Positions 20,812 through 30,075 of a DNA stretch of 64,000 nucleotides are shown here, piece by piece (within the stretch, counting starts at the first letter, position 1; every line of letters begins with the position of its first letter). The notes beneath the pieces were generated by a model, which was not told the origin of the DNA, made no database searches, and saw nothing but the letters and a program-made list of their open reading frames with translations. The DNA comes from Bacteroidota bacterium (GTDB lineage Bacteria; Bacteroidota; Bacteroidia; AKYH767-A; OLB10). The stretch is from contig JAFDWZ010000002.1 of the NCBI GenBank assembly GCA_018268195.1, positions 11,791 to 75,790 of the forward strand, written 5' to 3'. The position numbers were made by a program, and so were the translations under genes.

Positions 20812-20871
20812 TACGAAATAAAATTTAGTGCTGCAGGAAATGGAAGTGAGTGTGCTTCAGTTAAAGTACTT

Positions 20872-22812
20872 CTAAATATTCCTTTTCAGAATTTCCCAGT
20901 CATTCCAAAGTTTATACTCTCGTGTGTAAAGCACATTAAGCCGGTCGCGCATTTGAATATTCCCCTCCGGAATTTCAAGTCCGTCAGCAGGGCTGTATAT
21001 TCCCTGTTTGCTTTTTGAAGATTCTGCCACACTCTTTTTTACTTCAGGTGCCACCCATGTTTTTTCTCCTCTTAGAACAGTAAGGCAGTTGAAAATTAGT
21101 GACGATTTGCTTTTGAGAAAAAACATCAGTACCGGAGAGAGCAGAAGCATCAACAACGATATGGAAACATCAAAAACTCTTTTCTTACGTTTGTTTACAG
21201 GATTGTTCAGTGCATTTACATCTACAAGATATAAATCGCCATTATCGTTGATGGAATTACTTCCAATGATAAACAAGCTTTCGGCAGGAGCTATTTTATA
21301 CTCTACATCGCGTTGTCGTGGTGACAGCATGTGCTCTATGATGTCGTGCGAACTTAATGATTGCGAACTGAAAATCACTTCGTCAATACGATAGATCTCT
21401 ATGATGTCATTCAATTGAGTGATGGTGCCTAATCGGAATGGTTTCAACTCATAATCTTCAGTGTTCCCTGTATCAATAAATCCGATAAACTGTGTGCTTG
21501 ACCCCGAAAGTTGCAGTAGCGAAAGAATACGTTTAGCATTAGCTGCATCAGCAACAATGATTAAATGTTTTTTCATGTCGGCAGCAAGTGCATATCCTTT
21601 TAATCCGGTTGCATTAAGCCCATAGCGAATGAGTGCCGTAATCAGGCATGCCCAGGCAGTATTCATCAGTATCAGTGCGCGTGAGAAACGATATTCTTCA
21701 CTGAGCAATGCATACACTACAAGAATAAATACAGTACCCGATAATATTCCTCTGATGGTTTTTGAAATGCGGAGCGGTTTATCGTACCCGCCTGTGAGAT
21801 AAGCAGAGATAATCCATATCAGCACATAGGCAGGCACTATATACATCATGTAAGCATCAGGATAATGCAGTTGCTTTACATACAACTCCCAATATGTTTT
21901 AATGATGTAATAACCTCCGTAAATGGTAACAGCATCCAACATTGGCAAAAACATTCTGCTGAAAAATCTGCTTATTATAGCTGCACCTGCACGCAGGTAG
22001 ATGGCAATGTTAATCAGAAACGAAAACAAAGCAGCATTGCTTTGCGAAAAATGTTTTTTTGCAAATATGCTCATGGCTTTATAAAACACAATCACATAAT
22101 TCACACTGCTTTTCTTGGTGCTTTCACCTTTGTAATGGATAATTTTTGTTTCCGGGAAATAATAATTTTTAAAACCTGCTTTGGTAATGCGATAGGAGAG
22201 GTCAATGTCTTCGCCATACATAAAAAATGTTTCGTCCAGAAGGCCTGTTTTATTCAATGCCGTTTTGCGCATCAGCATAAAAGCACCGCTGAGCACTTCA
22301 ATTTCATGTGTTTTGTTTTTGTCGAGATATCCAAGATGATATCGCCCAAAAATTTTTGACTTAGGAAACAGTGCCGACAATCCGAATATTTTATAAAAAG
22401 CAACTGCCGGTGTAGGCAATCCTCTTTTGGATTCAGGAAGATAATTCCCTTTGCCGTCAATCATGTGAACTCCCAGTCCTCCTGCATCAGCATGTGCATC
22501 CATAAATGCAACCACCTTGTTGAAGGTGTCTTCTTCTACAACGGTATCGGGGTTCAGCAGCAGCACATACTCACCGTTACTCTTTTGAATAGCCTGATTA
22601 TTGGCTTTTGCAAAACCGGTGTTTATTTTATTTTCAATCAGCTTTACTTCAGGAAATTTCTCTTTAACCATTTCGCATGAGCCATCCACTGAATTATTGT
22701 CAACTACAAAGACTTCCACAGCCATATTTTTTGAAGCCTTCTGCACCGACAGCAGACATTGCTCCAGAAAATATTTTACATTGTAGTTTACAATTATTAC
22801 CGATAGCTTCAA
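20872..22812 (-). CDS. Family-2 glycosyltransferase fused to a multi-TM region, a Rossmann-like linker and a degenerate phosphoglycosyl-transferase remnant
   Basis: N-terminal GT2 domain (LSVIIVNYN...VDNNSVDGS...LLLNPDT...MYGEDIDLSYR) and ~5 TM helices. These are followed by a WcaJ-type linker (LIIVADAANAKRILSLL...IDEVIFS). The C-terminus begins like PF02397 (KRVFDVSISLLMLLLSPVLMFFL) and jumps directly to VLRGEKTWVAP...LNVLYTREYKLWNDWEIL. Confidence 0.75.
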   Translation of the reverse strand: MKLSVIIVNYNVKYFLEQCLLSVQKASKNMAVEVFVVDNNSVDGSCEMVKEKFPEVKLIENKINTGFAKANNQAIQKSNGEYVLLLNPDTVVEEDTFNKVVAFMDAHADAGGLGVHMIDGKGNYLPESKRGLPTPAVAFYKIFGLSALFPKSKIFGRYHLGYLDKNKTHEIEVLSGAFMLMRKTALNKTGLLDETFFMYGEDIDLSYRITKAGFKNYYFPETKIIHYKGESTKKSSVNYVIVFYKAMSIFAKKHFSQSNAALFSFLINIAIYLRAGAAIISRFFSRMFLPMLDAVTIYGGYYIIKTYWELYVKQLHYPDAYMMYIVPAYVLIWIISAYLTGGYDKPLRISKTIRGILSGTVFILVVYALLSEEYRFSRALILMNTAWACLITALIRYGLNATGLKGYALAADMKKHLIIVADAANAKRILSLLQLSGSSTQFIGFIDTGNTEDYELKPFRLGTITQLNDIIEIYRIDEVIFSSQSLSSHDIIEHMLSPRQRDVEYKIAPAESLFIIGSNSINDNGDLYLVDVNALNNPVNKRKKRVFDVSISLLMLLLSPVLMFFLKSKSSLIFNCLTVLRGEKTWVAPEVKKSVAESSKSKQGIYSPADGLEIPEGNIQMRDRLNVLYTREYKLWNDWEILKRNI

Positions 22813-22830
22813 TACGAGATATTTTTCCTT

Positions 22831-23811
22831 TTAATGTACAGAACGGTTAATTTCTTTTTCTATGATATAGCGGTTTCTGTCTTTGTCATTTCGCGAAATC
22901 ATCTCTGCCAAAAAACCTGCAAGGAATAATTGTGTGCCTATAATCATGGAAGTAAGCAACAAGTAAAAGGAAGGTCGCTGTGTAAGCCGTGTTGCAGGAA
23001 TATCATTGTACACACAATAAATTTTTGAAATGCCCAGATACATCGCACCAAATAATCCTAGAGTAAACATCAGTGTTCCTAATGTTCCAAATAGATGCAT
23101 GGGTTTTTTTCCGAATCTTGATACAAATGTGATGGATAACAAATCAAGAAAACCATTTACAAAACGCTCTAATCCGAATTTCGTTACGCCATATTTTCTT
23201 GCGCGGTGTTCCACTTCTTTCTCTCCGATTTTTGTGAATCCCACCCACTTGGCAATAACAGGAATATAGCGGTGCATTTCGCCATATACCTCAATGTTTT
23301 TTACCACATTGATATGATATGCCTTTAGTCCGCAGTTGAAGTCGTGAAGGTTGTTTATGCCTGATACTTTGCGCGTAACACTGTTGAAGAACTTACTTGG
23401 CAACGTTTTGGAAATGGGGTCATGGCGTTTCTTTTTCCATCCGCTCACCAAATCATATTTTTCTTCCGCAATCATTTTATACAAACCGGGTATTTCATCG
23501 GGGCTGTCTTGTAAATCGGCATCCATGGTTATTACCACATTGCCGCATGCGGCTTCAAATCCTTTATGCAAGGCAGCAGATTTTCCGTAATTGCGTTTGA
23601 ATTTAACACCTTTGATATTTGAATTTTTAGCAGCAAGCGTTTCTATCACTTTCCATGACGAATCCTTGCTTCCGTCATCCACCATTATCAACTCATAACG
23701 GAAATGATTCTTCTGCATTACTTGGTCTATCCATTCTGCTAATTCAGGAAGCGATTCTTCTTCGTTATACAATGGAATAACTACAGAAATATCTGGATTT
23801 GTTGTGCTCAT
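22831..23811 (-). CDS. Family-2 glycosyltransferase, polyprenol-phosphate glycosyltransferase type (DPM1/ArnC/GtrB-like)
   Basis: Motifs ISVVIPLYNEEESL, MVDDGSKDSS and TMDADLQDSP, plus two C-terminal TM helices, which is the typical ArnC/GtrB architecture. Confidence 0.85.
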   Translation of the reverse strand: MSTTNPDISVVIPLYNEEESLPELAEWIDQVMQKNHFRYELIMVDDGSKDSSWKVIETLAAKNSNIKGVKFKRNYGKSAALHKGFEAACGNVVITMDADLQDSPDEIPGLYKMIAEEKYDLVSGWKKKRHDPISKTLPSKFFNSVTRKVSGINNLHDFNCGLKAYHINVVKNIEVYGEMHRYIPVIAKWVGFTKIGEKEVEHRARKYGVTKFGLERFVNGFLDLLSITFVSRFGKKPMHLFGTLGTLMFTLGLFGAMYLGISKIYCVYNDIPATRLTQRPSFYLLLTSMIIGTQLFLAGFLAEMISRNDKDRNRYIIEKEINRSVH

Positions 23812-23813
23812 AA

Positions 23814-24335
23814 TTATTCAGAAGGATAATGAGTATGGTTTTTCTTGTAAACTGCTGCAATGATGAGTGATAAGATAAAACCCGAAAAGCTTTTGCTCAT
23901 AAACTCACTTAGTGCAATGGTTTTTATATCTAATGACTGATAGTCTTCCACTAATTTGTCGTAGGTGGCTTCATTCAGCAGTCCTTTAAACTGTGTTTCC
24001 ATAAGTTCCAGTTGTGCAAGTGAGTCATCTCTGAAACGGTCAACCACACTGCTGTCTATAACGGTGCAGAAAATAAAAATTAGTAAAGCTGACAATATAC
24101 CACCCATAATGGCAGTGGTAACTCCTGTACGAAAGGCGTTTCCGTAGGTGATAAAACCTTCGCATTCATGTTCACGGTACATTTTTACCGAACGTGCTAT
24201 TACCACTATAGGTATCCATGCGCCTACCCATGATGCATTGCCTAAAGGATTTACTCCTGAAAGGTATAAAATGAGAAAGACAGCAAATGCCGAAGCACCT
24301 AAAATTCCTCCGTAATGTATGGCATAACGTGTCAT
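23814..24335 (-). CDS. DUF4199-family small membrane protein
   Basis: 173 aa with 4 TM helices. The N-terminus MTRYAIHYGGILGASAFAVFLILY is typical of DUF4199. Stop lies 2 nt from the next gene's start. Confidence 0.65.
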   Translation of the reverse strand: MTRYAIHYGGILGASAFAVFLILYLSGVNPLGNASWVGAWIPIVVIARSVKMYREHECEGFITYGNAFRTGVTTAIMGGILSALLIFIFCTVIDSSVVDRFRDDSLAQLELMETQFKGLLNEATYDKLVEDYQSLDIKTIALSEFMSKSFSGFILSLIIAAVYKKNHTHYPSE

Positions 24336-24353
24336 AAATTGCTCTTAAACGCG

Positions 24354-24361
24354 CAAATGTA
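24354..24361 (-). promoter_or_regulatory. -7 promoter box (TACATTTG on the minus strand) for the DUF4199-GT2-GT2 fusion operon
   Basis: The plus strand reads CAAATGTA, 19 nt upstream of the ATG at 24335. Confidence 0.45.
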
Positions 24362-24499
24362 ATAAACCTGACCGTGAAAGTTTCAATCCTCGCTGAAGGT
24401 CATGGATTTTCTTCTTTGCCTGAATAGCAAACCGGTTAGTTGCAGGTAAAATATCTGTACTAAAAATACTGAAATTTAAGAGTGTTAGAGATGTTTTCA

Positions 24500-24507
24500 T
24501 ATCTTTG
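24500..24507 (+). promoter_or_regulatory. -7 promoter box (TATCTTTG) for the SRP RNA
   Basis: Exact match to TAnnTTTG. The predicted 5' end of the RNA helix begins 4-5 nt downstream. Confidence 0.55.
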
Positions 24508-24510
24508 TGC

Positions 24511-24611
24511 CGGGGTAAGTCTTATACGACCAGCTCCCCCGAACCTCCCCAGGGCAGGAATGCAGCAAGGATAAGGGGTTGTAGCGGTGCGATATAAGTA
24601 GCTTACCCTTT
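24511..24611 (+). ncRNA. ffs: Signal recognition particle RNA (small bacterial 4.5S type)
   Basis: The core CCCAGG-GCA-GGAA-UGC-AGCA-AGG matches the conserved domain IV of 4.5S RNA, with its GGAA tetraloop and CAGG/AGCA symmetric loop (E. coli: CAGGUCCGGAAGGAAGCAGCC). The terminal helix GGGTAAG...CTTACCC is followed by TTTTTATTTTT. About 100 nt long, with its own promoter. Confidence 0.8.
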
Positions 24612-24617
24612 TTATTT

Positions 24618-25907
24618 TTAACGGTTGGCAGCAAATTTTCTGCACGCCACTAGTTTATCATACCGCACATTCTGCGGACGATGATATACCAGAATCCAGT
24701 AATTATTTTCTGTTTCGTAATGATTGCCTTCTAACCAGCTCTCATCACCAAAGGTGGTTCCGTCTTTTACAAATACATATTCGTAGTTGTAATACCCTTG
24801 TTTGAGAAATAAGGTGCCGGTATAGGCTTTCAGTTCTTCGTCATATTTCATCATGGAGGTATTGTTATACTGCCAGTTGGTGAGATCGCCTGCTATGTAA
24901 ATGTTTCCATCCTGCACAGGGTCTTTATAGTTGAGCTGAAAGTGTACGGTAGCATAATCGGCATCTTTGTCGGGGTGGCTGCCGCTGTAATTTTTTATTT
25001 CAAATTTTCCGTTGATGTCGTTATCTGAAGAGTAACGCGAGTAATATCTTACTTTATCGGGCATCAGATATACATCTGTACCATTATCATGCATCTGAAT
25101 GCGCTGAACAAATTCAGTTTCGTATTTAAGAGAGCGTATATCAAACCTTCTGAATTCATTACCACCGTTAAAGGTGTTTTCCTCATCGTAATTATAATCT
25201 AATAAATTGTCTTTAATGAAAATGGGTTTCAGATTATCAATGGCATTATCCCATCTGAAATTCTGTAAAATTTTTACCTGCAAATCACCAAATGGATTGG
25301 CTATGGGGTAGCGGTTGGTACCTATGGTAAAATCCACTTCTTGTTTTTGCTGACGGAATTCTGCTGAAGTGGCAGCATGAACCGATGCCTGTATGTCAAC
25401 CAAATTTTCATAAACCAGAAATCTCTTCGTGAAAGCAACACTGTCCGGATTATTATCCAGATATACTTTCAGAAGATAATTTCCTGATATCATGGGTTTG
25501 ATTTGTTCATTCGGAAAACGAAGCTGGTAGTTGGTATAAGGCTGCAACGTGTTGAACGAAAAGCTGTAGTCCATAATTCGGTCTTCAAAAAAACTATACA
25601 GATAGGTTGAGCGTGTAATGTCGGAGGGTTTCCACTGTGCATCACAATGGATGATGGTGTACCAGTATTCTTTATAGTCGGCATCCAGATCATCAAATTT
25701 CAGCAGTAACTGCATTCCTGAATTCAGCTCAATGGCAGGTTCGCTGAGAGGGAGTTGAGCATTTTCAAGAATTACGGTTTTTATATTTGGCCTGTAAATA
25801 AAATTATCGTAGCGGAAATAATTTTGATTGAAATATTCTGAAGAGTTCTGTGCTTCTGATGTCAGAAAAGTTAGCACACACAGCATAAAAATAATTGATT
25901 TTTTCAT
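24618..25907 (-). CDS. DUF5103-type protein, probable T9SS plug protein homolog
   Basis: 429 aa with a signal peptide (MKKSIIFMLCVLTFLTSEAQ). Size and sequence (YTIIHCDAQWKPSD...) fit my recollection of DUF5103/PF17116. The C-terminus has a CBM48-like beta-sandwich (GNIYIAGDLTNWQYNN...GYYNYEYVFVKDG). Confidence 0.5.
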   Translation of the reverse strand: MKKSIIFMLCVLTFLTSEAQNSSEYFNQNYFRYDNFIYRPNIKTVILENAQLPLSEPAIELNSGMQLLLKFDDLDADYKEYWYTIIHCDAQWKPSDITRSTYLYSFFEDRIMDYSFSFNTLQPYTNYQLRFPNEQIKPMISGNYLLKVYLDNNPDSVAFTKRFLVYENLVDIQASVHAATSAEFRQQKQEVDFTIGTNRYPIANPFGDLQVKILQNFRWDNAIDNLKPIFIKDNLLDYNYDEENTFNGGNEFRRFDIRSLKYETEFVQRIQMHDNGTDVYLMPDKVRYYSRYSSDNDINGKFEIKNYSGSHPDKDADYATVHFQLNYKDPVQDGNIYIAGDLTNWQYNNTSMMKYDEELKAYTGTLFLKQGYYNYEYVFVKDGTTFGDESWLEGNHYETENNYWILVYHRPQNVRYDKLVACRKFAANR

Positions 25908-25913
25908 TTTACT

Positions 25914-27821
25914 TTATTCGCTTAATTCCATCCACTGCATATAACTGTCTTCCCACTTGCTATGCAGTTCATTCAGTTCTTTTTCTGATTGCTCATAAGC
26001 AGCCTGAAGTTTTTTGCTTTTTTCTTTATCGTTATAATTTTCTTCCATCCCCAGTTGTTCCAGCAGGTCATCTTTCTTTTTTCGTGCTATGTTTAACTCA
26101 GCCTCTAATTTCTTTACCTGTTTTTCCAGCAGGTCGGCCTGTTTTTTTGCATCTTCATTGTTGGTTTCTTTTTTTTCTTTAACCGGCTTTTTTACGGCAG
26201 TTTTCTCTTCTGCTTTTTTCTCTTGCAGTTTTCTTTGTGCCCAATGCTCATACTCTTCATAAGTGCCGGGATATTCTTTTAACTGATGGTTTTCAATAAA
26301 CCATATTTTGTTGGCGATTTGTTCTACAAAAAAGCGGTCGTGCGAAACTACCACAAACGTTCCATCATAATTCTGTAACACATCGGTCAGAATTTCTACT
26401 GACTGCATGTCGAGGTGGTTGGTTGGTTCGTCAAGCAACAGGAAGTTGGCTTTACTCAATATCAGTTTGCCCAAGGCAACACGTGCTTTTTCACCTCCTG
26501 AAAGAACCTTTATTTTCTTGAACACATCATCTTTGTTGAAAAGAAAAGCACCCAGTATGCTACGGATACGCTGATCGGTTTCTAGCGGTGCAAACACCTG
26601 CAATTCCGTCATCAGGTCGTTATTAATGTTAAGGCTTTCAAGTTGATGTTGCGCATAGAAGGAAGTCTTTACATTATATCCTTCTTTCAGTTCGCCATCG
26701 GCAGTTTCAGTTCCTGCAATTATTTTAAGCAAGGTTGATTTTCCTTTTCCGTTGGCTCCTATCAATGCAATTTTATCTCCGCGTTCGATCTGAAAATGCG
26801 AGTTATTGAAAATTTCCATTTCACCATATTTTTTGGTGATATGATGCCCTTCATAAATCACTTTTCCGGGTTGCGAATCAATGTTCAGCGAAATGCGCAT
26901 CGTTGCCGATGGTCCCGCTACCGACTCAACTTTTTCCATTCTGTCGAGCATTTTCATTCGCGACTGCGCCATCTTTGCTTTGCTCGCCTTTGCTCTGAAA
27001 CGGTCAATCAGTTTTTGTTGTTCTTTGATATATTTTTCCTGATTATCATACTGTCGTTGTTGCAATTCATCACGCAATGTTTTTTGTTCCAGATAATCAG
27101 AGAAATTTCCTGTATAGATTGTGATTTTCTCATTGGCTATTTCAGCAATGGTATTCACGGTTCTGTCCAGAAAATACCGGTCGTGCGAAACGAGAATGAA
27201 TGTGCCGTCATAATCCTGCAAATATTTTTCAAGCCATTGTATGGATGGCAGGTCGAGGTGGTTGGTAGGCTCGTCCAGCATCAGTAAGTCAGGTTTTTTC
27301 AGCAGCATACGCGCAAGCATAACCCTCATGCGCCATCCTCCTGAAAACTCTTTTAGTGGTCGCTGCAAATCTTCTGTCGAAAAACCAAGTCCTTCTAAAA
27401 TAGCTTCAGCACGATGGGTGATGTTGTAACCGTCAAGCGATTCAAACTCGCTTTGCAGAAAATAAAGTTCATTGAGCAAATCTTCTCCATGCTCTGTTTC
27501 CAGTTGCTTTAATATTTTTTCAATTTTTTCATGGAGAATGTTTTCACGTTCGAAAACTTCAAGGGCAACATCAAGAATACTTTTGTCCGACTCATACGAA
27601 AGCAAATCCTGATTGAGAAAACCAATGGTAAGGTCGCGCCTTCCGGTAATTTCTCCACCGGTAAGACTATATTCGCCATGGATAATGCGCAGCAGGGTAG
27701 ATTTGCCCGTGCCGTTAGCACCTACCAATCCAATTTTCTGATTGGGTTTAATATGCCAAAATGCATCGCTGTATAAATAGCGACCTCCAAAATCAAAACT
27801 AATAGAATTTAAAACAAGCAT
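25914..27821 (-). CDS. ABC-F family ATPase (no membrane domain)
   Basis: Two cassettes: GANGTGKST...LSGGWRMRVMLA...LLMLDEPTNHLD and GANGKGKST...LSGGEKARVALG...LLLDEPTNHLD. Lys/Glu-rich coiled-coil tail. Confidence 0.9.
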   Translation of the reverse strand: MLVLNSISFDFGGRYLYSDAFWHIKPNQKIGLVGANGTGKSTLLRIIHGEYSLTGGEITGRRDLTIGFLNQDLLSYESDKSILDVALEVFERENILHEKIEKILKQLETEHGEDLLNELYFLQSEFESLDGYNITHRAEAILEGLGFSTEDLQRPLKEFSGGWRMRVMLARMLLKKPDLLMLDEPTNHLDLPSIQWLEKYLQDYDGTFILVSHDRYFLDRTVNTIAEIANEKITIYTGNFSDYLEQKTLRDELQQRQYDNQEKYIKEQQKLIDRFRAKASKAKMAQSRMKMLDRMEKVESVAGPSATMRISLNIDSQPGKVIYEGHHITKKYGEMEIFNNSHFQIERGDKIALIGANGKGKSTLLKIIAGTETADGELKEGYNVKTSFYAQHQLESLNINNDLMTELQVFAPLETDQRIRSILGAFLFNKDDVFKKIKVLSGGEKARVALGKLILSKANFLLLDEPTNHLDMQSVEILTDVLQNYDGTFVVVSHDRFFVEQIANKIWFIENHQLKEYPGTYEEYEHWAQRKLQEKKAEEKTAVKKPVKEKKETNNEDAKKQADLLEKQVKKLEAELNIARKKKDDLLEQLGMEENYNDKEKSKKLQAAYEQSEKELNELHSKWEDSYMQWMELSE

Positions 27822-27825
27822 GGTG

Positions 27826-27833
27826 CAAAAGTA
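27826..27833 (-). promoter_or_regulatory. -7 promoter box (TACTTTTG on the minus strand) immediately upstream of the ABC-F start codon
   Basis: The minus strand reads TACTTTTG-cacc-ATG, the same box-to-start spacing as at the SRP RNA promoter. Confidence 0.4.
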
Positions 27834-28197
27834 CTAAACTAAAACCGGTATCAGGACAACACTTTTTAAAAGTGAAATGTAATTTGTTGTTCTTGTTGCA
27901 GACAGATAAATTAATCGGTATAAGTAGTTCATTATGGTAAAAGGTATGGAAGTAATCAAAGTTTTATACTGAAAAAAAATATTACTACTGCAGGGATATT
28001 TGATTTTGTCAGGAAACAAGTATAACAAAACAAAATATCGTCAGCAGACAGATGATGGGAACTATATAATGGGAAGTGAAACAAACTCAATAGTCGGAGA
28101 TGTATCAGGAAACCATATTGCAATACCCGGGATAAACGATTTATGGGTGGTACAAATAAAAAAGGGGACTGTCTTGACTTTTGAAATAGCCTCCGGA

Positions 28198-30075
28198 TTA
28201 AATACTTCTCCTGTCTAATTTTTCAAACTCGCTGTTGTTGCTGATATACTCGGGAACTATGGCTTTCATCTTCAATACGAGGGCAACATTGTCCTGCGTT
28301 TTGAAAAGTTCAGTAAGTTCTTCTATTTCGCGGCTTATCACTTCAAAATGATATTCTCTGACCTTGGCAATAAGAATTTTAGGATGATGTGTAGCCAAAG
28401 TATTCTCCTGTTTGTTGAGCAACTCCTCATAAAGTTTTTCTCCCGGTCGTAAACCTGTGTAAACAATTCTGATATCCTTATCAGGTTCAAGGCCGCTAAG
28501 GCGAATCATTTTTCTTGCCAGTTCAGCAATTTTTACGGGCTTGCCCATATCAAAAATAAATATTTCGCCTCCATGCCCCATCTTGCATGCTTCAAGTACT
28601 AACTGACAAGCTTCCGGTATGGTCATAAAAAACCGTGTAATGTTTTCATCGGTAACCGTTACCGGTAATCCTTTTTCAATTTGTTTTTTGAAACGCGGAA
28701 TTACCGAACCTGCTGAACCAAGCACATTACCAAAGCGTGTGGTGATAAACTGTGTTTCTGTAATATTGTTGAGTGACTGAATATAAATTTCGGCTATACG
28801 TTTGGATGCGCCCATCACATTGGTGGGATTTACCGCTTTGTCAGTAGAAATCATCACAAATTTTTCTACTCCGTATTTCACTGAAAGGTCGGCAAGAATT
28901 TTTGTCCCTTTCACATTGGTGAGAATCGCTTCTGAGGGGTTAACTTCCATTACCGGAACATGCTTGTAGGCAGCTGCATGAAATACCACATTGGGCATGA
29001 AGTAATCAAACACCCTTTTCATACGATCGGTATTCCTGATGTCGGCAATTACGCTTTCGCAAACAGCGCGCGGATTATTTTCAGTGATATAAAGTTCCAG
29101 TTCATACAAGGGCGATTCGGCAATATCGAGCAACACTACCTTGCTCGGGTTATACTGGATTACCTGTCGTGCTATTTCAGAACCTATAGAGCCTGCAGCA
29201 CCTGTAATAAGCACCAACTTACCCTGAAGCTGATTGCGAATTTCTTTTACATCTAGGTTGATAGGGTCTCGTTCAAGAAGATCCTCAATGTTTACTTCTT
29301 TTATCTGCGCAAAGCTAAGTTTTCCATTCGCCCAATTACCTGCACTTGGTGCACGCTGCACCTTGGTGTTGAATTTTACACACGTTTCAATGAGTTCATT
29401 TATTCTTTTGGTGTTAACTTCTTTATCAGCAATTATAAGACTTGATATTTGATTGGCACGAAGCAAATCTTCCAAATCGGTATCTACATGAAAAACCGGT
29501 TTGCCTTCAAGCTTACGTTTACGAAGTTTTGGGTTTTCATCAACGAATCCTAGTATGCGGAAATTAATCCCGGCTTCTTGCTCTAAGGCATGTTTCACCA
29601 CCAAGCCTTCTTCTCCTGCGCCTAATATAAGCACATCCGTACGGTTCTCGGTTTTATGTGTCCATTCCATATAAGCGCTTTTCACAATCACCCTCATGGC
29701 CGACATTGCCAGCATGCTAATCAGAAATTCTATCAACAGAATAGAGTAGGGGGCAACATATTTCCCCGAAATACGGAAGGAAATAAGATTAATTATGAAC
29801 AACAAAATAGTTCCACCGGCAAGCGTAATAAAAATTCGTTGTGAGTCTTTATAGCTTGTATAGCGGATAATGCCTGTATAGGTGCGCGACATCAAAAAAC
29901 TGATGAGTCTTACGGTCAGTAGGGAGGCAAACGCCAAAGGCATCATTTTCACTTCTGTTTCAGGTATAGAAAAATTGAAACGTAAATCGTATGACAAGTA
30001 CACCGAGAAAGTGCAAAGTACCATATCAATGATTAAAACTACCCAACGTGGGGCTGTGCGGTTAAATAAATGCAT
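28198..30075 (-). CDS. Membrane-bound polysaccharide biosynthesis protein, CapD/WbpM/PglF family (nucleotide-sugar 4,6-dehydratase type)
   Basis: About four N-terminal TM helices, Rossmann motifs GAGEEG and GAAGSIGSE, and the core STDKAVNPTNVMGASKRIAE. Confidence 0.85.
   Translation of the reverse strand: MHLFNRTAPRWVVLIIDMVLCTFSVYLSYDLRFNFSIPETEVKMMPLAFASLLTVRLISFLMSRTYTGIIRYTSYKDSQRIFITLAGGTILLFIINLISFRISGKYVAPYSILLIEFLISMLAMSAMRVIVKSAYMEWTHKTENRTDVLILGAGEEGLVVKHALEQEAGINFRILGFVDENPKLRKRKLEGKPVFHVDTDLEDLLRANQISSLIIADKEVNTKRINELIETCVKFNTKVQRAPSAGNWANGKLSFAQIKEVNIEDLLERDPINLDVKEIRNQLQGKLVLITGAAGSIGSEIARQVIQYNPSKVVLLDIAESPLYELELYITENNPRAVCESVIADIRNTDRMKRVFDYFMPNVVFHAAAYKHVPVMEVNPSEAILTNVKGTKILADLSVKYGVEKFVMISTDKAVNPTNVMGASKRIAEIYIQSLNNITETQFITTRFGNVLGSAGSVIPRFKKQIEKGLPVTVTDENITRFFMTIPEACQLVLEACKMGHGGEIFIFDMGKPVKIAELARKMIRLSGLEPDKDIRIVYTGLRPGEKLYEELLNKQENTLATHHPKILIAKVREYHFEVISREIEELTELFKTQDNVALVLKMKAIVPEYISNNSEFEKLDRRSI

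Noticed and set aside
26796-27287. A 163-aa ORF antisense to the ABC-F gene, plus similar antisense ORFs at 21865..22359, 49360..49767, 50714..51102 and 14470..14844.
   Set aside because: All are embedded in well-supported genes on the opposite strand, have no motifs and show skewed antisense-type composition. I treat them as frame artefacts.
27834-28218. A 364-bp gene-free spacer between capD-like and ABC-F, with two small ORFs (27834..28028 minus strand and 28000..28218 plus strand).
   Set aside because: Both ORFs are low-complexity and AT-rich with no start context or motif, and one overlaps the capD 3' end. I saw no promoter box plus terminator pair that would define an sRNA. I leave it as unexplained spacer rather than a feature.
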